Source of the DNA: a virus
DNA: 64,000 bases
Virus record (IMG/VR): IMGVR_UViG_3300042691_032761
Reading direction: 5' to 3' (one strand)
Position numbers and translations under genes: made by a program. Positions 40,901 to 48,444 of the stretch are shown here, in pieces. The notes under the pieces are model-generated. The model was not told where the DNA came from and did no database searches. It saw nothing but the letters and a program-made list of their open reading frames with translations. Within the stretch, counting starts at the first letter, position 1; every line of letters begins with the position of its first letter.

Positions 40901-41610
40901 TTGGCTGGTCTACATACTGTAAAGATACAAATTATTGCTTTATTCCGAATACGTCTGTTGGTGTTGCATGTGGTCCAGAAGAATGCTGTCCTGATACAAG
41001 TTGTGAAGGATATAATGCCTGTGATTCGCTTGACAAAAGATTTAAACCAAAACATAGAGCTACAACTTATAAGTGCGTAAAAAATGAGGCATCGGGAGAT
41101 ACACAAGGAGTAATAGAGGATCAAGGATGTAAAGACCTGGCCACGTCATCTATAGGAACAGTAAGCTCATCTTACGAAATAAAAACTAGAAAAGTAACAT
41201 CATATAGTAAAACCAAGAAAAATGTTCTTTCTCAAGCTGAAAAAATTGAAAAGACTAGTACAGTAAAAGTATTTAATAAAGAATTCAAACTAACATATAA
41301 AGTTAATGAAGATTGTGATCCCGCTTGCGATGATAATGAGGTTTGTTGTGAACAGCAATGCATATCTGAAGATGAAATTTGTTGCGAAAATAAAACTGAT
41401 ATAAATATTAATTTAAAATTTGAAATATATGATAATTTAATTGTTGGAATTATTAATAATAATCAATATAATAAAATATATCATGTCAAATCATTAACAA
41501 GCTTTAAATGTCCAAAAATTATATTTAAATCTCATAATGATAAACTTTATATGTGTAATAATGTAGAGTCAGAGTGTTTGACTTGTTTTGCTGGAGCACA
41601 AGATGTCTAA
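34921..41610 (+). CDS. Very large virion-associated protein with Cys-rich C-terminal third
   Basis: GGAGG RBS favours ATG 34921; about 2230 aa; dense Cys from about 39020 onward. Confidence 0.65.
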   Translation: MSCDCIVKNTTFINELVNVFDKETELKYDLKSLIPAFNPKYSGIWQPVFFDKSPITDDKKWIKINTEEDEECDSETPEGLGIRQLVNINNPKLKNWTITGNLELQLDWIIDFSKYGYTCKTYSSGVLFWYRYYDMGRLINKDLRLFPGIDLYISDGDMALINGKPVVTPNLSGTLNQINSSFISAGFNANTAKYNAAILATGPQIDRITEILSGPDNGIGYERTSLGLLYPQLSGMSNKRYSDIGQNNYIVTKIDLLQKLSTKYGISLIVPESSEATLKSNFLSSTGPNISIDLNTELYLSDKEKPCAYDISYYLNNEIKLKAYQSEEIFTVTIPPEDPEDPDSESTEKKYNINYVKFGDRTIGYHLSEKESGIFNPDISNVKLHGLGGVDFSTSLTRDISCVSSINSTTFDGPYFLQKDSYPSGLDGTPSNIFINVKTHNNSQFKFISGINIEYLRSDSKPVCEPFVKNNETCNCFSLMDLHPEASGKQELSNEKDLLFVPSTSMYYLPSGKYYAGLTQNEVNEYGLMLPYHPDPGTPLYKGHDPIFPKEENCSYTIDGCGKKTVSFNIDYPGELILTYQSPSGHFILKWDEETKENEDPYFTNTAGTLCLTKTTQYPSLVYVEVDIPESNPDTQWAISLSGIQTNYTNQALSFGGLNVTGKKGFFHPNFGWKYDQKYWNKTPIIPDHKGIFSTTNDNQTDSINISFTILGIPNKGCRSSSYGRKIVNIPSKVKLPTKVIITGGIDDELLIDGLRVESQIGDCTPGHSVYYEFISKKRTFTVEAGDNYGTNSGYNLNISFQNINYDINYFYNSYAMYNEEYLPGYNFIYSLSGLPIPKQDKILNSNFIGVKTQASSYFVTNKFKNIRYNNIESMILDNIPFEYINIDYTYGYAYNDFTFVRSPGSNILTIHSDSNDERILNYFDDISIRQEPITIISAKDITKSLQVEVIDVSGSNKIQINKSPDDNLFLSGYINKTKKDGQFNQSVVIYRPNKTYDDRLTIGKWGNMSYGYAERMAAKYKNINLYRYDKLLNQEWYGETLDNQWYNNSIIRNGITKNTSYSWGCPISFVNNYNKNTQTNFFPLSRIFNSFSDDGDRRYQILNCSGDLEIQDETYLDGDRIISKGTINDINEYIYLGSFTGPLKITVKLNSKKNNEGFLIFKYKDTEIFRGKVEDVNEDDEIVIEFEKNDVLPIYGQLIIEKNSRFCSKQTSVQALLIETYKVEVNLTSLEIFKESRISYYQHEPNPSLLGQMSSNAINNSADILKNNKNYIRSLNKDFNPFLDLHIFEDDDTQKPIISNSGIIYFEDFFQPKSQDYLLNKIEVPYNDDLYWLDLPPPGNWSLLTEKGILLNQNVTYKILKKLEYECKDDASACSEKYPENICDTIYEIQKSDIYDALGLIGSDQNLVEISEVKFPAHCDTINHCCKTEEDCNSKDCEEYTDQEDIDQCYKDRDACLSERESCLEAEQEDKDDCKDFWEKDVKYDISCKDICPTGSVSGVIEVKTLEYYLLKVKDYLAPPLDNVKEIELTFFPQSGIIDIPCSELSFSNVGSTFLYNYSCSESEKDCQTIIENDKSIGSEFINGSLLDISILKNNKGVVNIAPSSIIIENEIRYRENVPHENIISLPFDEYDPSSTSKYIITHEFNIKSKECVGAGKLFDLSIDTMSCEFSLVNNASGLVLESSCFDSIVIDPKFESSMIVYKTICDGTFKCAPNGIDDECSSDCQPSELVCDEWSCEDATEYLKSINPNYSLVKCEELTLPEDYYLACRQCGDVDCSVSISYSDPLPRDCYCPPGSTLTGNPGQELCEYEYKTLQLKGQDIDYTDYSWVPNVCETEEKTNKGIVAPSCFGEIVGPSKESLDQYNNSCPDGKEFVSQTSYNQVISINANGIGKEQNELNFAAQKEGYRICCEYEKVQKTFYDCIAKCNEQSQECGGSIECYLQAVACSCACSATFYNAIDTIAASQTIYYLCNGNCNNSDSISIGYSSKYCGIGWSTYCKDTNYCFIPNTSVGVACGPEECCPDTSCEGYNACDSLDKRFKPKHRATTYKCVKNEASGDTQGVIEDQGCKDLATSSIGTVSSSYEIKTRKVTSYSKTKKNVLSQAEKIEKTSTVKVFNKEFKLTYKVNEDCDPACDDNEVCCEQQCISEDEICCENKTDININLKFEIYDNLIVGIINNNQYNKIYHVKSLTSFKCPKIIFKSHNDKLYMCNNVESECLTCFAGAQDV

Positions 41611-43249
41611 AACCTATTTTGACAAAGATGGAACATTAAGATATGTAGCAAAGGATGAAACACACAAGTGTTTTGATGCATCTCAAACATGTTCGTCCAA
41701 TAGCAATAATATGGCTTGTAGAACTAATTGGTGGTACAATGGATATTGGTTTGGTTGGTGGGGATGGCATGGTAATTGGGGAGTATATGGAGATAATTTA
41801 ACATATTTATATACAGAAATAGATGCTCCAGAAGCATATAGGTGTGGAGCAATTGATAATTGTCCTACGGGCGGGTCACAAAATTGTGATGATATAAGTA
41901 AAAATTCTTGTGGTAAGCCAAGAATAGCAAGATGCAAAACTTATGGATGTGTATCGGATTATAACGGTTATTATGGCAATTATAATTGTGATATAGTTAA
42001 TGGTAAAGACAGAGAAATAAGATGTTGCAAAGCTCCATCAAATTTTCAGTGCAAAGAGGGAGAATGTGATTATGATTATGAAATAGTAAAAAAAGAATAT
42101 ACTGTCGAGTATGAATTAGTAAGACCAGCTTATTCGTGCATAGAGGAATACGAATATCCAAAAGAAGCTTGTGCTCCTCACGATGCAATTCCATCGGACG
42201 GTACATTTTGTGAACAAAATATTACTGAATGTTCAACAGAGCCGGAAGCAAAATGTGAAACAGGATATAATTGGTGGCTCAATAATAAATGTCCAGAAAA
42301 TCCCGAAAAACCAAAAGAAGGATATAAGAAAGAAATATCTACATCAACATCTGTGGTTAATTTTTGGGAGTTAGACGATTGTAATTGTGGATATAATAAT
42401 GGCTACTATTCATGTCCATCTTGTTATAAATGCGAAGATTTTGAAGATTGTAATTATGATTTAAGAGGATATAATAATGGATGGTATTGGAATAATTATG
42501 GTTTTGGAGGCTACATAGGAGATGATTGCTGCAATAGTGGGCTTTGGGGATGGGGATGGTGGGGTTATTGGGGTTTTGGTCCGTGTCCGATTGATGCTGG
42601 GGACGGGTCTGATAATCCGTGGTGGTGTGATGGTTCAGAATGTGTTCAAAAAGCGAGCGGACAACAATCAGAAACGGACGATGGGCCGTATACTACATAT
42701 TTAAAATGTATGGAAAATTGTCTAAAAGATGAAACAGGAAGCACAAATAAATGCATACCGGATGCTAAAACCTATACAAGAGGTTATTGTTGTGATTCAA
42801 ATTTTATTGAACAAATGCAGAATAATATTAAAGATGGATGTTATGAAGAAGGCCCCAAATATACAAAAAAGACCAAAGAAAAGCTATGCTCAGCATCTAG
42901 CTGCTCAAATGATCTTATCGTTGAAAGAGATGATGATATGTGTACATATGGAACAAAATATTGTCCATCTCATAAAGTAATTCGGACAGATACTGGTGCG
43001 CTATACACATATGATCCTCCGATACAAGAAAAAGCATATAATAGAATATGTAATAGTTGTGAAAAAGCGACCAATGATGAATGTGAGAAAGATCCTCAAT
43101 CTAAATGTCCAGCTAATACAGAATTACCATTATTGAGAAATACAAAAAAATATTTTGAAGATGAAGTCCTAGGAACAGCATCCATTAAATTGACAATGGT
43201 ATTTTGTAAGATAACCACGAAAGAATGTGTTATTGACTATTCTGAATAA
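41603..43249 (+). CDS. Cys-rich protein with Trp/Gly/Tyr/Asn tracts
   Basis: GGAG RBS favours ATG 41603; about 47 Cys by manual count; tracts WWYNGYWFGWWGWHGNWG and GLWGWGWWGYWGFG. Confidence 0.7.
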   Translation: MSKTYFDKDGTLRYVAKDETHKCFDASQTCSSNSNNMACRTNWWYNGYWFGWWGWHGNWGVYGDNLTYLYTEIDAPEAYRCGAIDNCPTGGSQNCDDISKNSCGKPRIARCKTYGCVSDYNGYYGNYNCDIVNGKDREIRCCKAPSNFQCKEGECDYDYEIVKKEYTVEYELVRPAYSCIEEYEYPKEACAPHDAIPSDGTFCEQNITECSTEPEAKCETGYNWWLNNKCPENPEKPKEGYKKEISTSTSVVNFWELDDCNCGYNNGYYSCPSCYKCEDFEDCNYDLRGYNNGWYWNNYGFGGYIGDDCCNSGLWGWGWWGYWGFGPCPIDAGDGSDNPWWCDGSECVQKASGQQSETDDGPYTTYLKCMENCLKDETGSTNKCIPDAKTYTRGYCCDSNFIEQMQNNIKDGCYEEGPKYTKKTKEKLCSASSCSNDLIVERDDDMCTYGTKYCPSHKVIRTDTGALYTYDPPIQEKAYNRICNSCEKATNDECEKDPQSKCPANTELPLLRNTKKYFEDEVLGTASIKLTMVFCKITTKECVIDYSE

Positions 43250-43260
43250 TATACTATTAT
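43233..43260 (+). promoter_or_regulatory. Candidate sigma70-type promoter
   Basis: TTGACT-N16-TATTAT just upstream of the 43279 ORF, with an AAGGA RBS. Confidence 0.4.
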
Positions 43261-43278
43261 AAGTTAAAGGAAATAATT

Positions 43279-43806
43279 ATGGAGCCAACTATTTATTGTG
43301 TTTTTGAACAATCAAATCTAAAGAATAATTTCTTGGTTTGTAAATATTGTCAATCTGTGATAGTGAAACCACAGGATTCAATGATGGTCTCTAAAGTATG
43401 TCCAGTTTTATTAGACAGAGCATCTCAAAACCCGGAATATACACAAATTAATCTTAAAAAAATCACTGTTGAAAAACATGATGGAACATTGATTTCTGAA
43501 ATAATTCCACAGGATAAAAAAACCCATCCTCATATTTTAAATGATTGGTGGTATGGTCATACGTTCTCAGATTTAAAACCAAACAATCCTCCTCAAATAA
43601 ATCATGAACAAATGATGCAAAGAGATCTCACCAATAAAAAACAATGTACACAGGAAGAAATTGATGCCAGGATGGATATATGTAAAGGCTGTGAATTTTT
43701 TAAGAATAATACTTGTATGAAATGTGGTTGCGCATTATCTAGGGAAAAAAATTATATGAATAAATTACTATGGGCCGACCAGTCTTGTCCTATTAAAAAA
43801 TGGTAA
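43279..43806 (+). CDS. Cys-cluster protein (DUF6171-like C-terminus)
   Basis: RMDICKGCEFF...TCMKCGC...KL...CPIKKW motif, plus an N-terminal C...CKYC...CP cluster. Confidence 0.65.
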   Translation: MEPTIYCVFEQSNLKNNFLVCKYCQSVIVKPQDSMMVSKVCPVLLDRASQNPEYTQINLKKITVEKHDGTLISEIIPQDKKTHPHILNDWWYGHTFSDLKPNNPPQINHEQMMQRDLTNKKQCTQEEIDARMDICKGCEFFKNNTCMKCGCALSREKNYMNKLLWADQSCPIKKW

Positions 43807-44802
43807 TTAATAACCTGGCATTGCATCTCCCATTAATCTGTCCATGAGAGGACTAGAATTTGTAAGCGGCATCATCTTAGGAGGAGATCCAGAAGATTTT
43901 TTGGTAAAAGTAAATACCTTTATTGGCTCATCATGAGTAACAGTTATAGTTCTGTTTACAACCTTATCTCCAAAAAGCATTCTAACATCTACCTTCGTAT
44001 TATATTTATTTTCCCAGTTTTTAAATCTGTGGATAAATACAGTATAATTTCCTGCTGGACATGATCCCTTTGGCCAAAATATATTTTCTACAGCCTCTTT
44101 TGTTGTTGGATGAACATTGCAGTCCACATCTAACATACCTCCAAAAGCATCTGATCTATTTGTCCAAGATATATGATTAGAATATTGTCTACTTTCAACA
44201 TAAACCCAAACATCAATATCGTTAAAATCGTCCCAAGATATTGATACCTGAACATCTCCTGTTTTTGCTCCTCTCTTTTTTAATCTTTCTTCCATTTTTT
44301 CGAATCTGCCATTCCCTGCTGATCCGTTTCCTGTGCCTCCAGATCCTCTTCTGGATGGCTTTCCTTTCCCCGTTGTTTCAGGAGCCTCTGACCATGGATC
44401 AATAGCATTTTTTTGATTTTCAAAAGCAGCTAATAAATCTGATGGTGTAAATTCTTTAACTGGACTAACATCTATTGGCGTATCATAATCCAAATTTACT
44501 GACATTATTTCTTGGTCAGCAGGAGTATCTATCATATAGGCATCATCAGGAGGAGCGTCTAATACATCTCCCGCAATTTCTATTTTTATTTCTTCTTGTT
44601 CTGATAAATCAATATCTTCAATTTCTTCTGGGGGAGAAAATACCAAAGATATTGGCATTATTTTTGAATCCATAGAAACAAAACTTAATGCTAATACTAG
44701 CAATACACTAGTATTAATAATAAAGCTTTGCCACAAACCCTTTTTATATCCCCAAATTACTAAATCTTCTACTTTGTATCTGAATCCTTTGGACCTTGCC
44801 AT
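43807..44802 (-). CDS. Membrane-anchored protein with YfaP/DUF2135-like C-terminal domain
   Basis: N-terminal TM segment (FIINTSVLLVLALSFV), acidic linker, Gly-rich hinge, then DVQVSISWDDFNDIDVWV...GGMLDVDCN...VENIFWP...PAGNYTVFIH. Confidence 0.7.
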   Translation of the reverse strand: MARSKGFRYKVEDLVIWGYKKGLWQSFIINTSVLLVLALSFVSMDSKIMPISLVFSPPEEIEDIDLSEQEEIKIEIAGDVLDAPPDDAYMIDTPADQEIMSVNLDYDTPIDVSPVKEFTPSDLLAAFENQKNAIDPWSEAPETTGKGKPSRRGSGGTGNGSAGNGRFEKMEERLKKRGAKTGDVQVSISWDDFNDIDVWVYVESRQYSNHISWTNRSDAFGGMLDVDCNVHPTTKEAVENIFWPKGSCPAGNYTVFIHRFKNWENKYNTKVDVRMLFGDKVVNRTITVTHDEPIKVFTFTKKSSGSPPKMMPLTNSSPLMDRLMGDAMPGY

Positions 44803-45104
44803 TTATGCCAACCTTTATTTTGTAACCAATTATTTTGATCGTCTTTGCGTCTTGGGAAAAGCGTTCCACCCTTCTTGTGTTGACCAAAAGCAAGGATGGC
44901 GCCGCAGTCCATACATCTTAACTCATAGTAGTCGTTGCCGTCAACATTGCGAACAACAAATTTTAAATTCTGACTGCCACAGATTCCACACTTCTCTTCT
45001 CCAAATATCTCTTGCACAGCCGCAAGTTCCTTAAAGATTTCTTTTTGGCCATCGCCATCTAGCTCAAACTCTAACTTGTTGTTTACTTTGTATCTTAATT
45101 TCAT
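44769..45104 (-). CDS. Zinc-ribbon protein
   Basis: CGICGS...CMDCGA; GGAG RBS favours ATG 45104. Confidence 0.65.
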   Translation of the reverse strand: MKLRYKVNNKLEFELDGDGQKEIFKELAAVQEIFGEEKCGICGSQNLKFVVRNVDGNDYYELRCMDCGAILAFGQHKKGGTLFPRRKDDQNNWLQNKGWHKWQGPKDSDTK

Positions 45105-45106
45105 AA

Positions 45107-45808
45107 TTATCTCCAACTAGACTCATAACCTAATAGACTTTTTGGTATAGAATCCAGATTTTGTTGATGTGTGGATAAAGACCTAATTACATTGACAGCA
45201 TCATTATGTGTCATAGCATATATATTATCAGATGATATGTCCAATGAGGCAAGTAGTGATTTGACATTGATATTTAATCTTTGAGAAATACTATCTATAA
45301 AACTAATCTGATTGCTACTAATTTTATTGACCGATTCATGATCAGGATTATCGTCTATAGAATTGGCCAATTCTTCTGCGGCCACTACTTTCCTCAGTCT
45401 TAATGCTCTTCTAAGTGCTCTTCCTTCGGCTCTGGTTTCAGCAACGGCCACAGGATGGTTTCTATAAACCTTGTCGCAATTACCCCAATAAACGTCCGCA
45501 GCGCCTGTGACTGACCTGTGTTTAATTTCCTCGGGTGTTGACAGATCATTTAAAACATAATCAATCCTGTACACTACAGTTGCTCTTTTTTCGTTTTCTG
45601 GAGAAGGAGCCTGAACAACATCCGTACTAATATGAGTAACCGTGCAATTCATCGCTTTTTCAAAAATTCTTCTAAGTCCATCTGTTGTTGGATTTCCGTC
45701 TATTTTTTCATCATCGCTCAATAAACCAAGAACATAGTCATTCCATCCTAGATCATTAGGTGTAACTTTTTCTTCTTGAGTGATTTTTACTTCGTCCTTT
45801 TTAGCCAT
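45107..45808 (-). CDS. Putative single-strand annealing protein (Rad52/Sak/ERF-like)
   Basis: VTGAAD...VAVAETRAEGRALRRAL motif and C-terminal ISSNQISFI..I helical domain; AGGAG RBS favours ATG 45808. Confidence 0.5.
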   Translation of the reverse strand: MAKKDEVKITQEEKVTPNDLGWNDYVLGLLSDDEKIDGNPTTDGLRRIFEKAMNCTVTHISTDVVQAPSPENEKRATVVYRIDYVLNDLSTPEEIKHRSVTGAADVYWGNCDKVYRNHPVAVAETRAEGRALRRALRLRKVVAAEELANSIDDNPDHESVNKISSNQISFIDSISQRLNINVKSLLASLDISSDNIYAMTHNDAVNVIRSLSTHQQNLDSIPKSLLGYESSWR

Positions 45809-45810
45809 GA

Positions 45811-46605
45811 TCAATCTCCTATTTCTATTAATCTTTTTGATGGTTCTGGAAATTTTGCTGATATCAGTCCTAATTCTTCTACCAGTTTCTCACATATCAG
45901 AGATGCTCTGCTTTTGGAGAAATCTTTTGATTGCTTTATCCTAATCAACACAAGTCCTTTGCCCAAAATTAATCCATTCTTTTTATTATCATATTTTTGA
46001 TTTTTCTTAAGAGCATCTTCACCCCACACAGGATTAAAATGAGATGGTCCGTCTACCTCAATAGCCACAGACATAGTAGGTAAGAAAAGGTCAATCTGCA
46101 ACTTGGTATTTGATAAGGTCTGCTCTTTGTGAAAGTCAACCTTGTATCCTTTTTTTATCAATTGCTCTAAAAGAAACAATTCTAGCTTTGATCCTACATT
46201 ACTAGATTTCCTTACAGCAGCATTTGCGCTTCTCAAAATATTTTGTTTTTCATCATCAGATAACTTTTCCCAATTGTCTTTAGCTGTTTGCTTACGTTTT
46301 TCTAATTCAACGTCATCTAATTCCTCCCATGACTGTAAAACAGACATTCCTATTTTACTCTTAACATGATCTGGTCTTTCTGTGCCTTTTGTCGGATGAG
46401 TGTGTCTTCCGCTTGATAGGGCAACCTTTTGAGCTTTACTTTTGTCTCTTATGGATATGCTGAATTTGATAGCATCTCTTCTTACTCTATTAGAATATGT
46501 ATTGTATTTTTTGGCTATTTCACCAAAACTTAACAGATTATTTTCATATTCTTTTTTGAGCATTTCTTTTTTTTGACTATCGTTAAAATCTTCATATGAT
46601 TTCAT
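45811..46605 (-). CDS. Vsr/DUF559-like endonuclease with HTH and NUMOD3-like motifs (homing-endonuclease-like)
   Basis: LSFGEIAKKYNTY (HTH), KGTERPDHVKSKIG (NUMOD3-like), SKLE...IDLFLP...AIEVDGPSHF...DNKKN. Confidence 0.7.
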   Translation of the reverse strand: MKSYEDFNDSQKKEMLKKEYENNLLSFGEIAKKYNTYSNRVRRDAIKFSISIRDKSKAQKVALSSGRHTHPTKGTERPDHVKSKIGMSVLQSWEELDDVELEKRKQTAKDNWEKLSDDEKQNILRSANAAVRKSSNVGSKLELFLLEQLIKKGYKVDFHKEQTLSNTKLQIDLFLPTMSVAIEVDGPSHFNPVWGEDALKKNQKYDNKKNGLILGKGLVLIRIKQSKDFSKSRASLICEKLVEELGLISAKFPEPSKRLIEIGD

Positions 46606-47047
46606 ATAGAGCCTCTGGTGTTACATCTAGTAGCTTGATTGGTTTCCAAGACAAATTGAAAATCTCTTGTATAGTAGCATCGTGTGTTAATATTTCAACT
46701 TTTGGATTATCAAAAAGCTGTGACCAATCTTCATAATTAATGTTGTATATTTTTGTCCATGGAATATCTTTATTTTGAAAATAATATATTTTATTAATAT
46801 TTGGAAAATTAATTGCCAACTCTAATGATAATATATCCCAAACAAAAAAATTACCATATTCATATTTTGCTTCGTAAATAGGTAGTATTGGAAACTTTTT
46901 ATCAGCATTCACAATATCAAATGAAGAAGAAAAAAACTTTAAGTTAATACTTCTGTCAATATCATTTAAGCTATTAAACCAAGAGATCATAGAAGAATCA
47001 TATTCTGATTGTGGATGAATGGCTATTGCAGATAATTTTTTATTCAT
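46592..47047 (-). CDS. Hypothetical protein in glycosylation cluster
   Basis: ATG at 47047 overlaps the upstream stop; Rossmann-like alternating pattern. Confidence 0.55.
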   Translation of the reverse strand: MNKKLSAIAIHPQSEYDSSMISWFNSLNDIDRSINLKFFSSSFDIVNADKKFPILPIYEAKYEYGNFFVWDILSLELAINFPNINKIYYFQNKDIPWTKIYNINYEDWSQLFDNPKVEILTHDATIQEIFNLSWKPIKLLDVTPEALYEII

Positions 47048-47774
47048 ATTTTGACTTAATGTATTTAACAAGATTTGAAATTTTATTTTTATTTATTTGA
47101 CTGGCTTCGTAATTTACAGATGGATTTTTTATATCATCTAATGATGGCGTTTCCACAGTATCTAGCAATGTATTTTTTGTTAAATTTAATATGGGTTTAT
47201 TCATATTCATAGCATCATAAACATATGTATTATCCATATTAATATATAATGAACATCCACTAAGAAGTTTCATCATGGTTTGTTCGTCAACAAGACCCAA
47301 ATTTTGAACGTGACCAACCTTGTAACAATTTACTAATTTAACAGGAATTTCTTTGTTTTGTGGATATATAATTGGCTGTAATATTGTGTTTTTTTGTTCA
47401 TCTTTACAGGTAAGGTCACATAGTATATAATTTTTATCTTTTAATTCTGTTTGAAAATATTCATTATATGGTAGATAGCTATCTTTACTGATATAATTTG
47501 TTCTTTTGCTAGAAAATGAATACTTTTTTTCACTAAAAGTTAAAACCATAAAAATAGTTTTGATAGAATCATCTATATTTTTCATAAATTTTTTGATATG
47601 ATAATTAGACAGATCTCCTTCGTGAAGGATGACAAAATCTGGTTTTGATGCTAGAATAATTTCATAGATATTATCTGGCTCAAAAATTAATGTGTTCGAT
47701 CCATATTCTTTGCTTAAAGCGTTAGCGAAAAGTTGTTCTGGTCTACTACTTATATTTGTTATGTATGTTAGCAT
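47040..47774 (-). CDS. Hypothetical protein, degenerate GT-B-like
   Basis: KPDFVILH, NLGLVDEQTMMKLLSGCSLYI and YDAMNMNKPIL resemble GT-B N- and C-terminal motifs. Confidence 0.45.
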   Translation of the reverse strand: MLTYITNISSRPEQLFANALSKEYGSNTLIFEPDNIYEIILASKPDFVILHEGDLSNYHIKKFMKNIDDSIKTIFMVLTFSEKKYSFSSKRTNYISKDSYLPYNEYFQTELKDKNYILCDLTCKDEQKNTILQPIIYPQNKEIPVKLVNCYKVGHVQNLGLVDEQTMMKLLSGCSLYINMDNTYVYDAMNMNKPILNLTKNTLLDTVETPSLDDIKNPSVNYEASQINKNKISNLVKYIKSKYE

Positions 47775-48444
47775 ATGTCTTATTTTTATAGTGTAAATAT
47801 TTGTGTACTGTATTTTTTTTAACTATCTCAAGATCAAAAACAATATCATTCTCAATAAGTCCGTTGATAGTTTCAAATAAAAATAGACTTTTAGCTTTGG
47901 ATTCAAAAGTCTCAGATCCTATCAGAGACATTACTCTATCATAATCTTCCGACCCAATATAGGCTATCTCAGACCATGTATTCTCAAGATCATAAAACAT
48001 ATAAATTGCTTTGTTCTTTTGCGATCTAATTCCTATATTAAAATTAATATCGTTTGTCTTTATGACTCCTAGACTTGATACTTTAATATTCTTTGGCTTG
48101 TAGCAACCAACAACGCCGCTTTGTACAATTAAAAAATTATTGCCACTTATATTTTTTAGAGCTTTAATTAATCCGTATGTATTATTTACAGAATCAAAAT
48201 GATTATCGTAAATAAAATTGATATTTTTATACTTGTATCTGTGTATAACTTTTTCTACTTTTTCGCACTCAAATCCATTTACTACATGTATAGCGTGTTT
48301 TGTAGAACCGTAGGTTAGTTTAATTTTTTTTATCTGTTTGATAACTAATGGTTCTTCTGGTTTTCCTATTGGAATAATAGCTCTTGGGCCATAAGATTTC
48401 ATTCCTTTTGGAACCTCAGAAGATAATAATATGATATTGATCAT
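47746..48444 (-). CDS. Sugar/choline-phosphate nucleotidyltransferase-like protein (degenerate signature)
   Basis: IILL...GMKSYGPRAIIPIG...VVNGFECEKV...NNTYGLIKAL matches the NTP_transferase/LicC fold, but the AAGxGxR loop is replaced by SSEVPKG. Confidence 0.6.
   Translation of the reverse strand: MINIILLSSEVPKGMKSYGPRAIIPIGKPEEPLVIKQIKKIKLTYGSTKHAIHVVNGFECEKVEKVIHRYKYKNINFIYDNHFDSVNNTYGLIKALKNISGNNFLIVQSGVVGCYKPKNIKVSSLGVIKTNDINFNIGIRSQKNKAIYMFYDLENTWSEIAYIGSEDYDRVMSLIGSETFESKAKSLFLFETINGLIENDIVFDLEIVKKNTVHKYLHYKNKTYANIHNKYK

Noticed and set aside
41700-42600. Diversity-generating retroelement target in the Asn/Trp/Tyr-rich tracts
   Set aside because: No reverse transcriptase and no template/variable repeat pair differing at adenines was seen in this window. 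A remote DGR cannot be excluded.
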